A DNA stretch of 64,000 nucleotides, taken from assembly GCA_031268145.1 (NCBI GenBank), contig JAIRXS010000022.1, positions 9,574 through 73,573 on the forward strand, given 5' to 3'. How positions within the stretch are numbered: the stretch's first letter is position 1; each line of letters opens with the position of its first letter. This document shows positions 1-9,316 of the stretch, one piece after another. This DNA is from Candidatus Endomicrobiellum siamense (GTDB lineage Bacteria > Elusimicrobiota > Endomicrobiia > Endomicrobiales > Endomicrobiaceae). Both the position numbers and the translations under genes were made by a program. The notes below the pieces were generated by a model. The model did no database searches and was not told the DNA's origin. It saw only the letters and a program-made list of their open reading frames with translations.

Positions 1-1134
1 TTGTACAAATTTATCCATTATCCAAGACGTATCATTTGGTCCACTTGACGCCTCTGGATGAAATTGAACTGACATAAAAGGTTTTGTCTTATGTATTAAC
101 CCTTCAACGGAATCGTCGTTTGCATTCTCAAACCATAGACGCCAGTCTTGTTGTATAGAATTTTTTTCCACAGTGTACCTATGATTTTGACTAGACATAT
201 AAGCTTTCTTGTCAGGAAGCGAAAAAACAGGTTGATTGTGGCTTCTATGTCCATGGTTTAATCTTTTTGTTTTTGCTCCCGATGCTAAAGCTAAAAGTTG
301 ATGTCCTAAACATATACCTAAAATAGGTTTGTTTGACCCCAACAGATCTTTTCTTATTCTTTCAACTAAATCCTGCGTATTTTTGGGATCCCCAGGTCCA
401 TTGCTTATCACCCAACCGTCACAGCTTATTTTGGAGAAATCGCTATCCCAAGGTAAAACATTTACTTTACAGCCTCTTTCCATCAACATTCTCATTATGT
501 TCCATTTAGCACCACAATCAATCACCGAAACGACCTTATTACCACTGCCCATGTACACTATTTCTTTTATAGATACTGACGGCATTAAATTATATTTTGA
601 TGGATCTACATATTCGTCATCTTTAAAATTTCTTAAGAATTCAAATTTTTCTTTACTTTGAGCTTTTGCTCCTTCAGGTACAATCCTTCCCCATAAATTA
701 CTACTTTCTCTTATCATTTGCACTAAATACCTAGTGTCTATACCTGCAATACAAGGCACATCTTGACTCTTCATCCAGTCTTGTATAGATATGCCTCCAT
801 CATGGTGATAACAACCATCATAAATATCTGAAACTATAATTCCTTGCGTCTTTATTGAAGAACTTTCGTGTCCTTTTGACATAAAAAAATCCCCATCTTT
901 TGGGAACGGTACACCATAATTACCAATGATACAAAAACTAAACACCAAAATTTGACCCAAATACGAAGGATCGGTCATAGATTCACTATAGCCAAGCATT
1001 CCAGTATTAAAAACCATTTCACCACTAGTTATTACATTAGCGCCAATAGCTCTACCTTCAAGTTTAACACCATTTGAAAGTTCTAGATAAGCCTTCTTGT
1101 AGTTTTTATCAAAAATATTGTTACCTTTTCTCAT
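1..1134 (-). CDS. carA: carbamoyl-phosphate synthase small (glutaminase) subunit; 3' end runs off the window
   Basis: Hand translation of the minus strand from the ATG at 1134 stays open to base 1 (378 codons, no in-frame tta/cta/tca triplets). It carries class-I amidotransferase motifs 'PILGICLGHQLLA' and 'SVQFHPEASSGP'. It is missing from the ORF track only because it is edge-truncated. Confidence 0.85.
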   Translation of the reverse strand, partial: MRKGNNIFDKNYKKAYLELSNGVKLEGRAIGANVITSGEMVFNTGMLGYSESMTDPSYLGQILVFSFCIIGNYGVPFPKDGDFFMSKGHESSSIKTQGIIVSDIYDGCYHHDGGISIQDWMKSQDVPCIAGIDTRYLVQMIRESSNLWGRIVPEGAKAQSKEKFEFLRNFKDDEYVDPSKYNLMPSVSIKEIVYMGSGNKVVSVIDCGAKWNIMRMLMERGCKVNVLPWDSDFSKISCDGWVISNGPGDPKNTQDLVERIRKDLLGSNKPILGICLGHQLLALASGAKTKRLNHGHRSHNQPVFSLPDKKAYMSSQNHRYTVEKNSIQQDWRLWFENANDDSVEGLIHKTKPFMSVQFHPEASSGPNDTSWIMDKFVQ

Positions 1135-1223
1135 TGTATAACCCTCTATAATAAAAACTTAAAAATTATTTGATTTTACCAAATAACGACTCCGTTGACA
1201 AATTTCATTCCACAATAGTAAAA

Positions 1224-2357
1224 TCAAAGTAAAAAATCTGCCCAATTATCCTTATTTATGACTTTTAAGCTTGAATTTTTATACGATGATAAAAATTCCT
1301 TAGCCGATTTTACTTTGTCTTTTGTAAACTTAAATTCGTAGCCTTCAAGTTTTTCATCATATTCTTCTATATAATCAACTTCTTCTTTGGAATATGTCCT
1401 GTAAAAATAAGCGTTTACACGCCTATCTTTAATTTGATTATATTTAAACCTTTCAATAATACAAAAGTTTTCCCACAATGCTCCGACATCATTTCTCACA
1501 TTTAATGGAGCAAAAGATTGTATAATATTGTTTCTTATTCCCAAATCGAAAAAATAAACTTTCACAGATTTTGCAATTTCCTTGCGTTTATTTCTGCTAA
1601 AAGCTCGCAGTTTAAAAATAACAAACCTTTTTTCAAGCAAATCTATATATTTGCTTACAGTGGTATGATTCATACCCAACTGCTTGCCAATTTCGTTATA
1701 GGAAACCTCATTGCCAACTTGTAAAGCTAAAAGTTGTAGTAACTCCAAAAGACGGGAAGACTTTTTTAAACCTTCATAAATTAAAACATCTTTATATAGA
1801 TAAGTGCCAGCAAGAAAATCTAACAATTTTTCTGCATCATGTTTGGATTTGTCAAATATGCGAGGGTAACCGCCGCGTATTAGCAAGTTTTCTAAATTGT
1901 TTTTTACACTTAGGTAACCAATGTTGGCGGCAATCTCTCCTACAGAATAAGGATATAATGTAAAAGTCAATGCTCTGCCTGTAAGCGGCTCGGAAAGTTT
2001 GTTTGCCAAATCAAAAGAGGAAGAACCAGTGGCAATAACTTGAACTTGAGGGATATGATCGTGAATTATTTTTAGCGTTTTGCCAATGTCTTGGACCAAC
2101 TGCGCTTCGTCCAAAACTATTAGTTCTTTATCACCGATAATTCTTTGCAGATCGTCAACATTATTGGTGGTTTCAAATGATGCGCGCAAGGAAAGCATTT
2201 CGCAGTCAAAATATTGCGTTCTCTTTTGAGTAGAAAACTTTTCCAATATCTGTTTGCAAAGTGTAGTTTTGCCAACTTGCCTTGCACCGTAAACTATGAT
2301 AACTTGATCCTTAAAGAGCCATTTTTCAACCAAACTTTGCAAATCTCTTTTAAACAT
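1224..2357 (-). CDS. AAA+ ATPase of the AAA_14/DUF4143 type with a PD-(D/E)xK-like C-terminal tail
   Basis: 377-aa ORF. Walker A is 'GARQVGKTTL' and Walker B-like is 'LIVLDEAQ'. A winged-helix-like middle region is followed by a C-terminal 'EEVDYI...GYEFKF' (D...E-x-K) motif. Confidence 0.8.
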   Translation of the reverse strand: MFKRDLQSLVEKWLFKDQVIIVYGARQVGKTTLCKQILEKFSTQKRTQYFDCEMLSLRASFETTNNVDDLQRIIGDKELIVLDEAQLVQDIGKTLKIIHDHIPQVQVIATGSSSFDLANKLSEPLTGRALTFTLYPYSVGEIAANIGYLSVKNNLENLLIRGGYPRIFDKSKHDAEKLLDFLAGTYLYKDVLIYEGLKKSSRLLELLQLLALQVGNEVSYNEIGKQLGMNHTTVSKYIDLLEKRFVIFKLRAFSRNKRKEIAKSVKVYFFDLGIRNNIIQSFAPLNVRNDVGALWENFCIIERFKYNQIKDRRVNAYFYRTYSKEEVDYIEEYDEKLEGYEFKFTKDKVKSAKEFLSSYKNSSLKVINKDNWADFLL

Positions 2358-2513
2358 AATTTCTCCTAAAACACATTCTTAAGAAAGCTAAATTATTGCA
2401 AAATTAGCTTATAAATAAGCAATATAACAATAAATTATTGCACTAAGTTACCATTTTTTGAATAAAAAGTACAGGATTATTCACTACATAAAAAATAGTA
2501 TACTTTTTATATT

Positions 2514-3251
2514 TTAATAAACACAGTACATATTTGCATAAGGATTTTTATTTATAGCTAAATATTTTGAAAAACTATTTATATTTATATGTTTTAAATC
2601 TTTATTAAATTCTTTAGAATATACGCCAATTTGCTTTTTTAAAAAAGAAATATCTGAATCTTCAAGTTTGACTTTAGAAGCTTCTTTACCAAATTTATAT
2701 GGATCTTGTTTTTCTCTTAAATATATAACGCCGCCATGCATGCCTGTTGCGCAAAACCTACCTATAATATCTTCATCTTTATCCAAATTTAAGCCTAAAA
2801 CTAAAATAACTCCTCCTGCCATATATTCGCCTAAAAAATCTCCTGCCTTCCCGCCCACAACAATAATAGGCTTCATATCATTATATTCCTTCATATGTAT
2901 GCCTACTCTATATCCAACATTGCCTTCAACATAAATCTGCCCACCGCGCATTGCATAACCTAAAGTATCGCCAGCATTTCCATGAACAACAACCTTACCT
3001 CCATTCATTGTGTTACCTAAAGCATCTTGAGCATTACCAAAAACTTCAAGCTCAGCTCCATTCATATAAGAAGCCATGTCGTTTCCTGCAACACCGTAAA
3101 CTGACATTTTAATACCGCAGGAAAGTCCTCTGCCTATATATCTTTGCCCATATACATTTTTAATAATTAAGTTTTTTTCTTTTAATGATTCAGCGTCTAC
3201 AACTGCATTTAAATCACGATAATGCATATTAGAAGCGTCTATTGTCTTCAT
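2514..3251 (-). CDS. glutamate synthase GXGXG (C-terminal beta-helix) domain subunit, archaeal-type split enzyme
   Basis: 245 aa with repeated glycine-rich beta-helix motifs ('VYGVAGND', 'VHGNAGDTLGYAMRGG', 'VVGGKAGDFLGEYMAGG'). It is the last gene of a tightly packed three-gene set. Confidence 0.8.
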   Translation of the reverse strand: MKTIDASNMHYRDLNAVVDAESLKEKNLIIKNVYGQRYIGRGLSCGIKMSVYGVAGNDMASYMNGAELEVFGNAQDALGNTMNGGKVVVHGNAGDTLGYAMRGGQIYVEGNVGYRVGIHMKEYNDMKPIIVVGGKAGDFLGEYMAGGVILVLGLNLDKDEDIIGRFCATGMHGGVIYLREKQDPYKFGKEASKVKLEDSDISFLKKQIGVYSKEFNKDLKHININSFSKYLAINKNPYANMYCVY

Positions 3252-3272
3252 TTTTACCTCTTTAATCTTTAA

Positions 3273-4778
3273 TCATTGACCTGCATATTTTAAACCTAAT
3301 ATCTCTAACTCTTTTTCATTTAAGTCTATACCCCTAAGCATTAATCTATTACCTCTTAAACTATCTATAGCATTAATGCCCATACCGCCTAACATCTCTT
3401 GAATTTCATTATTCCAAGCTAAAATCAAATTTACTAACTTTTTATACATCATATCGGGATTAAGCCTCTTGACAAGATCAGGTTCTTGAGTTGCAATTCC
3501 CCAATTACATTTACCTGTCGTACACGATTGGCACATATGGCATCCCAAAGCAATTAAAGCAGCTGTTCCTATACATACTGCATCTGCACCTAAAGCTGTA
3601 GCTTTTACAATATCAGCACTATTTCTTATTGTGCCAGAAACTAAAAGAGATATATGGTTTCTTATACCTTCTTCTCTTAATCTTTGGTCTATCGCAGCCA
3701 AAGCAAATTCTATCGGGATACCCACATTATCCCTTACTCTTGTCGGAGCTGCTCCAGTACCCCCTCTAAAACCGTCTACAACAATTGCATCTGCCCCAGC
3801 TCTTACAATACCAGAAGCTATCGAAGGTGCATTATGTACAGCAGCAATTTTTACAAAGATTGGTTTTTTATATTCTGTTACTTCTTTTAATGAAAATATT
3901 AACTGTCTTAAATCTTCTATTGAATAAATATCATGGTGCGGAGATGGAGAAATAGCATCTGATCCAATAGGAATCATCCTTGTAGAAGAAACGTCTTTAC
4001 CTACCTTTCTACCGGGTAAATGTCCACCTATACCTGGTTTCGCACCTTGCCCTATTTTAATTTCTATAGCTGCACCAGCATTTAAATATTCTTTGTGTAC
4101 GCCAAACCTGCCTGAAGCAACTTGAACTATAGTATTTTTACCATATTTGTAAAAATCTTTATTTAAGCCGCCTTCTCCCGTATTGTAACAAATGCCCAGC
4201 TCGCTAGAAGCTCTTGCGAGGGCTTCGTGAGCATTTTTTGAAATAGAGCCATAACTCATAGCGGAAAACATTATAGGAATATTTAATTCAACCTGTGGCG
4301 GAATTTCAGTAACAAGCTTACCTTTAGAATTAAACTCTAATTTTTCTGGTTTTCTGCCTATAATTACTTTTGTTTCCATCGGCTCTCTTAATGGATCTAT
4401 AGAAGGGTTAGTAACTTGGCTAGCATTGAGAAGCATTTTATCCCAATATACAGGGAATTTGTTTGAAGTTCCCATACTAGAAAGCAAAACCTCTCCTCTT
4501 TGAGACTGTTTGTAAATCTCTTTTATTGCACGTGACGTCCAATTTGAATTTTCTTTAAATTCTAAAGGATATTTCTTTATTGTTAAAGCTTTCAAAGGGC
4601 ATAACACAACACACCTATGACAGTTAACACATTTTGAATTGTTGACATTTAAGGTTTTTTTATTTTCATCATAGAAGTGTACCTTGTTTGAACATTCTAA
4701 AACACACACCTTACATTTATTGCAGTTCTTTTCGTTTCTTACAACTTCAAAATCTGGGAAATCAAAATTTAAACTCAT
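3273..4778 (-). CDS. glutamate synthase FMN/Fe-S core subunit with N-terminal 2x[4Fe-4S] ferredoxin domain
   Basis: 501 aa. The N-terminus has 'CNKCKVCVLEC' and 'CVNCHRCVVLCP'. The GltS core has 'ISPSPHHDIYSIEDL', 'GFRGGTGAAP' and 'VSGTIRNSADIVKA'. There is a 4-bp overlap with the upstream gene. Confidence 0.9.
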   Translation of the reverse strand: MSLNFDFPDFEVVRNEKNCNKCKVCVLECSNKVHFYDENKKTLNVNNSKCVNCHRCVVLCPLKALTIKKYPLEFKENSNWTSRAIKEIYKQSQRGEVLLSSMGTSNKFPVYWDKMLLNASQVTNPSIDPLREPMETKVIIGRKPEKLEFNSKGKLVTEIPPQVELNIPIMFSAMSYGSISKNAHEALARASSELGICYNTGEGGLNKDFYKYGKNTIVQVASGRFGVHKEYLNAGAAIEIKIGQGAKPGIGGHLPGRKVGKDVSSTRMIPIGSDAISPSPHHDIYSIEDLRQLIFSLKEVTEYKKPIFVKIAAVHNAPSIASGIVRAGADAIVVDGFRGGTGAAPTRVRDNVGIPIEFALAAIDQRLREEGIRNHISLLVSGTIRNSADIVKATALGADAVCIGTAALIALGCHMCQSCTTGKCNWGIATQEPDLVKRLNPDMMYKKLVNLILAWNNEIQEMLGGMGINAIDSLRGNRLMLRGIDLNEKELEILGLKYAGQ

Positions 4779-5944
4779 TGTTGCGCCCCTTCTTCTAACA
4801 AAGCAATAACAGGTTCTCCGCCTTTAGGAGACCAAACCTTATCTGGATTGTTACATATTATTTTTATTGCGCTCTCTTCACTTGCTACATATATTTTTGA
4901 ATCTTTACGTGCAGCAACTAAAGAGCGAAGCTTTATTCTATCGTTAAGAGCTATCATTCCTTTTTCATATCCTAAAATTATAGAAAAAGGCCCATTTATA
5001 AGCGCGCTAGAATAAACCGTACGCATAGCTTTTAACTCTATTTTAATTTCTTTATTTTCTCTTTCAATGTCATCCCAAAAAGGGGCAACAATTACTTTAA
5101 TTGCTTTTTCTATTGGCATGCCATGTTTTCTTACGAGCAAGTCAAACAAATACGTTATAACCTCTGTGTCAGTTTGAAGAGTACACTTATAGCCAAACAT
5201 TTCAACAAACCTTCTATTAGCATCATAAGAAGAGATCTCTCCATTGTGTACAACAGACCAATTCAGCATTGTAAATGGATGTGCTCCGCCCCACCACCCT
5301 GGTGTGTTAGTAGGAAATCTTCCATGAGCTGTCCACATATAAGCATCATAGGTTTCTAACATAAAAAATCTTCCTATGTCTCCAGGATAGCCAACACCTT
5401 TAAAAGCTCCCATGTTTTTACCACTGGAAAACACATATGCGCCTTTATATTCCTTATTAATTCTTATTAAATATCTAGCAGTAAATTCATCTTCATCAAT
5501 AAACTCTTCCCTTGCCATATAAGTTCTAGGATGCACAAAGTAACGCCACATTAAAGGCTTGTTTACAACGCCAGGAACTGGACGTGTTGGAATATTTCCT
5601 GCATTTTCTATATCAAAGTGTTCTGCTAGAAAGCTTTCTGTTTTCATCTTAATTTCTGAATTGTCATAAAATATATGAAGAGCATACAGATCTTTGTATT
5701 GAGGATAAATACCATAAGCTGCAAAACCGCCACCAAGTCCATTAGAACGCTCATGCATTAAATCTATGGACTTAATAATTTCTTGCCCACTAAACCTATT
5801 TCCTTTAGTATCTATAATACCACTTATTGCACACCCTGATGGAATTCGTACTTGCCCTTCTTTTAACACCTTGTCCCTCCTATAAACGCCCCCAAATGCC
5901 ATAAAGTTAAGACATGTAAGGGCATAAATGCAACTCACTAACAT
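4775..5944 (-). CDS. class-II (Ntn) glutamine amidotransferase subunit of archaeal-type glutamate synthase
   Basis: 389 aa with 'PSGCAISGI' (candidate nucleophile Cys), 'NGLGGGFAAYG', 'HGRFPTNT' and 'HNGEISSY'. The N-terminal 38 aa before the Cys imply propeptide removal or a later start. Confidence 0.8.
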   Translation of the reverse strand: MLVSCIYALTCLNFMAFGGVYRRDKVLKEGQVRIPSGCAISGIIDTKGNRFSGQEIIKSIDLMHERSNGLGGGFAAYGIYPQYKDLYALHIFYDNSEIKMKTESFLAEHFDIENAGNIPTRPVPGVVNKPLMWRYFVHPRTYMAREEFIDEDEFTARYLIRINKEYKGAYVFSSGKNMGAFKGVGYPGDIGRFFMLETYDAYMWTAHGRFPTNTPGWWGGAHPFTMLNWSVVHNGEISSYDANRRFVEMFGYKCTLQTDTEVITYLFDLLVRKHGMPIEKAIKVIVAPFWDDIERENKEIKIELKAMRTVYSSALINGPFSIILGYEKGMIALNDRIKLRSLVAARKDSKIYVASEESAIKIICNNPDKVWSPKGGEPVIALLEEGAQQ

Positions 5945-6009
5945 AGTATAGTTTACAGCAATTATTACATTTCGTCAAATTTATATAGTATCTAGAGATA
6001 GGCAGGAAG

Positions 6010-6801
6010 TCAAAAAGTGCTTTCATCCATACACCATTTAAAGTGTGGTATGGGCAGGGTTTTAAATTTGTTTTTGACGTGCATTGCGTCTATTTTATTC
6101 TTGGTTTCTTCATTTTTACAAACGCCTCTGCGGATATATTTATCCAAAACATCATAAGTGAATCCGACTCTTTCTTCATCGCTCTGTCCGCTGAGTCCAT
6201 CGTGCGGAACTTTTTCCACAAACTCAACAGGAATATTAAGAGCGTGTCCTATGGCCTTACATTCCGTTACTGTAAGATTAAGTAAAGGCGCGAAATCACC
6301 AACGCTGTCTCCGTAACGCGTGCTATAACCAATCCATGTTTCCGATAAATTAGAAGTATTTGCCACTCTGCCATTTATTGATTGTGACACGGCATAAAGG
6401 GCGCACATTCTAAGTCTGGGCGCAAGGTTTATTTGGGTCTGCCTGCTCGGCTTAATATATTTATTCACTCCTGAAATAACGCAATCGTAGGCTTCCTTAA
6501 TATTAATTTCCAAAGCGTTAATCCCCAAATATTTAATAACATTTTTGGAAATATCAATATCATTCTGCGAACCGTTAGGCATAAGCACGCCAAACACGCG
6601 ATTTTTGCCGAGAGCCTCCACGCAAAGCGCGGCGACAATAGTACTGTCTTTCCCGCCGGAAATTCCCAGTACAGCATTACAGTCTTTACCGTTTTCTTCA
6701 AACCAATCGCCTATCCACTGCACAAGATTATTTTTAACTTCTGTAGCTTTGAATTCCATATCAAAATTTACTCCCATACAAAGTTTCTTAAATGCGTTCA
6801 A
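6010..6801 (-). CDS. nadE: NH3-dependent NAD+ synthetase
   Basis: 263 aa with PP-loop 'GISGGKDST' and 'YGDSVGDFAPL'. The true start may be an internal Met (6777 or 6759). Confidence 0.85.
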   Translation of the reverse strand: MNAFKKLCMGVNFDMEFKATEVKNNLVQWIGDWFEENGKDCNAVLGISGGKDSTIVAALCVEALGKNRVFGVLMPNGSQNDIDISKNVIKYLGINALEINIKEAYDCVISGVNKYIKPSRQTQINLAPRLRMCALYAVSQSINGRVANTSNLSETWIGYSTRYGDSVGDFAPLLNLTVTECKAIGHALNIPVEFVEKVPHDGLSGQSDEERVGFTYDVLDKYIRRGVCKNEETKNKIDAMHVKNKFKTLPIPHFKWCMDESTF

Positions 6802-6816
6802 TAATGCAAGTCGCTG

Positions 6817-8079
6817 TTATAAACCAAGTGAAGCCAAAGAAATAACATTTATACCGTCTGAGCGAGTATATGTGTAACCTGTTCCAGTAATAATATTTAA
6901 CGAGCTTGGCGGCAATATTTTTGAAGTATCAATATCTTGCGCTATAGTTTTTAGATTTTCCACCGCAGAATCAATATCTCCAACTCCTAATTTTACTTCA
7001 AACGCCGCCCATTTTCCGCCAAAACCACTGACTATAATATCAATTTCCCTGTCATAACTATCGCGGTAATAGCTAACGCCAAGATAATTTCTTTCTGCAT
7101 AAACTTTAATATCGTGGTAAACCAAAGATTCAAACAAAAAACCTACATATTTTAAATCGTTTCTAATTGTAGATAAATCTAATTTTAACGCGGCTACGGC
7201 AATTGAAGTATCCGCAAAATGACGCTTTGGTGTTTTGCGCAAACTTGCACTTGAGCGAATATGCGTGCGCCACGCTGGTTGGTTTTCCAAAACCATTATT
7301 CTTTCTAATGTTTCCAAATAATCATAGACCGTTGGTTTAGTAGCACTTCCCTCACCCATATCAGCAATCAACGTTGAAGAATCTACCGGAGTTGCAATAT
7401 TGCGCGCCAAAGAAGCAAGCAGAGCTTTTACTTTCACAGGATCGCGGCGAATGCCGGAAACTTTGCTCATATCAGTTTCGGTTAATTGTTCAAAATAAGC
7501 ATTATTAACAGCAGAGAATTTGTTATTTGACATGCCAATTAACGCAGGCCAACCTCCTCGAGCCAACGTTTCTATGATAACAGACAATTCTGTATGCGTT
7601 TGCAAATCTTGTTTGATTTTTTTACCACCCAGAACCAAATCTTTCAGCGATACACTACCGCTTGACAACCCTTGCTCAATCCAACTCATTGTACGCATAT
7701 TAATAATGGTAAAACGACCTACGCCAGAATGTGTGCGCGCATTATCGTCAGGCGTAGCGGAACCCGTCAAAATAAATTGCCCTTTTTTTTGGCGATTATC
7801 AACTTCATGGCGGATATAATCCCACAGCTTTGGCTGAGTTTGCCACTCGTCAAATAAACGCGGAGTATCACCAACGAGTAATTCGCTAGGAGATACAGAC
7901 ATTGTCACGGCAACATTAGGGTCAATATCCACTTGAAGCACACTGTTGGCAAAACGTTTTGCCGTTTCGGTTTTGCCACAAGATTTAATGCCTCGTACCC
8001 ATACCGCTCCTGAGGCTTCTAAGTTATCTTTTAGCAAATCATCTACAATTCTTTTATGATATTTCATATGTAACAACAT
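6817..8079 (-). CDS. AAA+ ATPase of the AAA_14/DUF4143 type with a PD-(D/E)xK-like C-terminal tail (second, divergent copy)
   Basis: 420 aa with P-loop 'GIKSCGKTETA', Walker B-like 'RLFDEWQ' and C-terminal 'REIDIIV...AAFEVKLG'. It is not recognisably similar at the DNA level to 1224..2357. Confidence 0.75.
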   Translation of the reverse strand: MLLHMKYHKRIVDDLLKDNLEASGAVWVRGIKSCGKTETAKRFANSVLQVDIDPNVAVTMSVSPSELLVGDTPRLFDEWQTQPKLWDYIRHEVDNRQKKGQFILTGSATPDDNARTHSGVGRFTIINMRTMSWIEQGLSSGSVSLKDLVLGGKKIKQDLQTHTELSVIIETLARGGWPALIGMSNNKFSAVNNAYFEQLTETDMSKVSGIRRDPVKVKALLASLARNIATPVDSSTLIADMGEGSATKPTVYDYLETLERIMVLENQPAWRTHIRSSASLRKTPKRHFADTSIAVAALKLDLSTIRNDLKYVGFLFESLVYHDIKVYAERNYLGVSYYRDSYDREIDIIVSGFGGKWAAFEVKLGVGDIDSAVENLKTIAQDIDTSKILPPSSLNIITGTGYTYTRSDGINVISLASLGL

Positions 8080-8411
8080 ATCTTATTTTATCTTTTGTGT
8101 CAATATTGTTTTATTATTTATAGATATTTTGTTTTACTAATTATAGAATTTTACTTTGTTTTTTGTATATTGATTGTTTTATAATGAGACAAAAAAAAGA
8201 TATAAGTAAGTGGAAAACTTTGAATAAAAAATAGCAAAGGTGAATTTAATTTGCCTCTTCGGTTATTTTTTAGTAAAAAGGTACCTGATGATATAAATTT
8301 GTACATTTTAAAAGAGAACAATGGTGAAATCGAATGGAATTTGGTTGGAAAAATGAAAAAGATTAACAAGGAGTAAAATTTAGTTATCACAAATAAAAAA
8401 GGAGGAAATAT

Positions 8412-8852
8412 ATGATAAAAGCCGACGTTCACGTCCACAGTAAATTTTCACCCGATTCTAAAACAGAAGTCATTTTCCACATAGAGAAGGCAATTGAGCA
8501 AAGGGCCCACTCGATTTGTATTACCGATCACTACGATATTATTTATCTGTACAAGAAAAATGATGCAAAAGAAAAATATAAAAGAGAAATTGATATTTTA
8601 ATTGGCGTAGAAGTGGGACTTCTTTCCCAATTTAAAAAACAGATAAATGAATTCTTGAATAGATATGAATTTGATTTTATCATAGGTTCGTCTCATTTTG
8701 TGGGCAACATAGAACCTTATCAGTCCATTTTTTGGGAAAATCGTAGTGAAAAAGAAGCACTCCGCAATTATTTTGAATCTATATTAGAAAACGTAAAAAT
8801 TTTTAAAAACTACGACGTTTACGGACATTTAGACTACTATGTCCCTTTTTAA
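8412..8852 (+). pseudogene. PHP-family (HisJ-type) histidinol-phosphatase-like gene, 3'-truncated
   Basis: The ORF has a good SD (aaggagg) and carries motifs 'DVHVHSKFSPDS', 'ITDHYD', 'GVEVG', 'IGSSHF' and 'YGHLDY'. It stops at 146 aa, well short of the roughly 260 aa I would expect. No continuation appears in any plus frame downstream. Confidence 0.6.
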
Positions 8853-9042
8853 TTGAAAGCCTGTAAATAATGGGCAAATACTCTGGTTTATATAAAGGCA
8901 GAAAAAACTCAATATCAAACGCACCATCTCCATGTTGTATTAAGTCTGATAGTTGTTCCTAGGAGATTAATTTTAACCACAATTTCACTTAAATAGGTCA
9001 ATTTCTCCAAGGCGGTTTTGTTCCATGCCATATATTTAAGTT

Positions 9043-9306
9043 TTATTTGCCTACCCATTTCAACGATTCTGAAACAGACGGGTTATCTATATTTTTATAC
9101 GATACTTCTACCTGTGAAAACTCTTTCTTTAAATTAGAAACAAATTCGTCTATCCACGATGGAGTTAAAACATCAACCCCTGTAAAATCTAAAACGAATT
9201 CCTTTTCCCCTTTGTCTAGAATATAAGCGCGGGCGGACAAAAAAGCCTCTCTCCCTTCTGGTCTTGAAACTAACAAATTCCCAAACTTTGATATTTGAAT
9301 TTTCAT
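9043..9306 (-). CDS. STAS-like (DUF4325-type) small protein
   Basis: 87 aa. A strong SD 'AGGAG' sits 8 nt upstream of the ATG. 'FVLDFTGVDVLTPSWIDEFVSNL' matches my memory of the DUF4325/STAS-like core (xLDFxGVxxxxxSFxDEF). Confidence 0.6.
   Translation of the reverse strand: MKIQISKFGNLLVSRPEGREAFLSARAYILDKGEKEFVLDFTGVDVLTPSWIDEFVSNLKKEFSQVEVSYKNIDNPSVSESLKWVGK
9206..9273. repeat. copy A of a perfect 68-bp direct repeat (inside the STAS-like gene)
   Basis: The string tcccctttgtctagaatataagcgcgggcggacaaaaaagcctctctcccttctggtcttgaaactaa was read base by base at 9206..9273 and again at 9923..9990. Confidence 0.95.
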
Positions 9307-9316
9307 AAATTTACTC

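Noticed and set aside
329-661. 110-aa plus-strand ORF (TTG start) at the left edge
   Set aside because: It lies entirely antisense to the uninterrupted carA frame and has no recognisable motifs. This is a shadow ORF.
8151-8438. 95-aa minus-strand ORF in the AT-rich gap before the PHP gene
   Set aside because: Its composition is extremely Phe/Ile/Leu/Lys-rich, as expected from translating AT-rich spacer. It has no SD, overlaps the PHP start and its SD, and has no motif.
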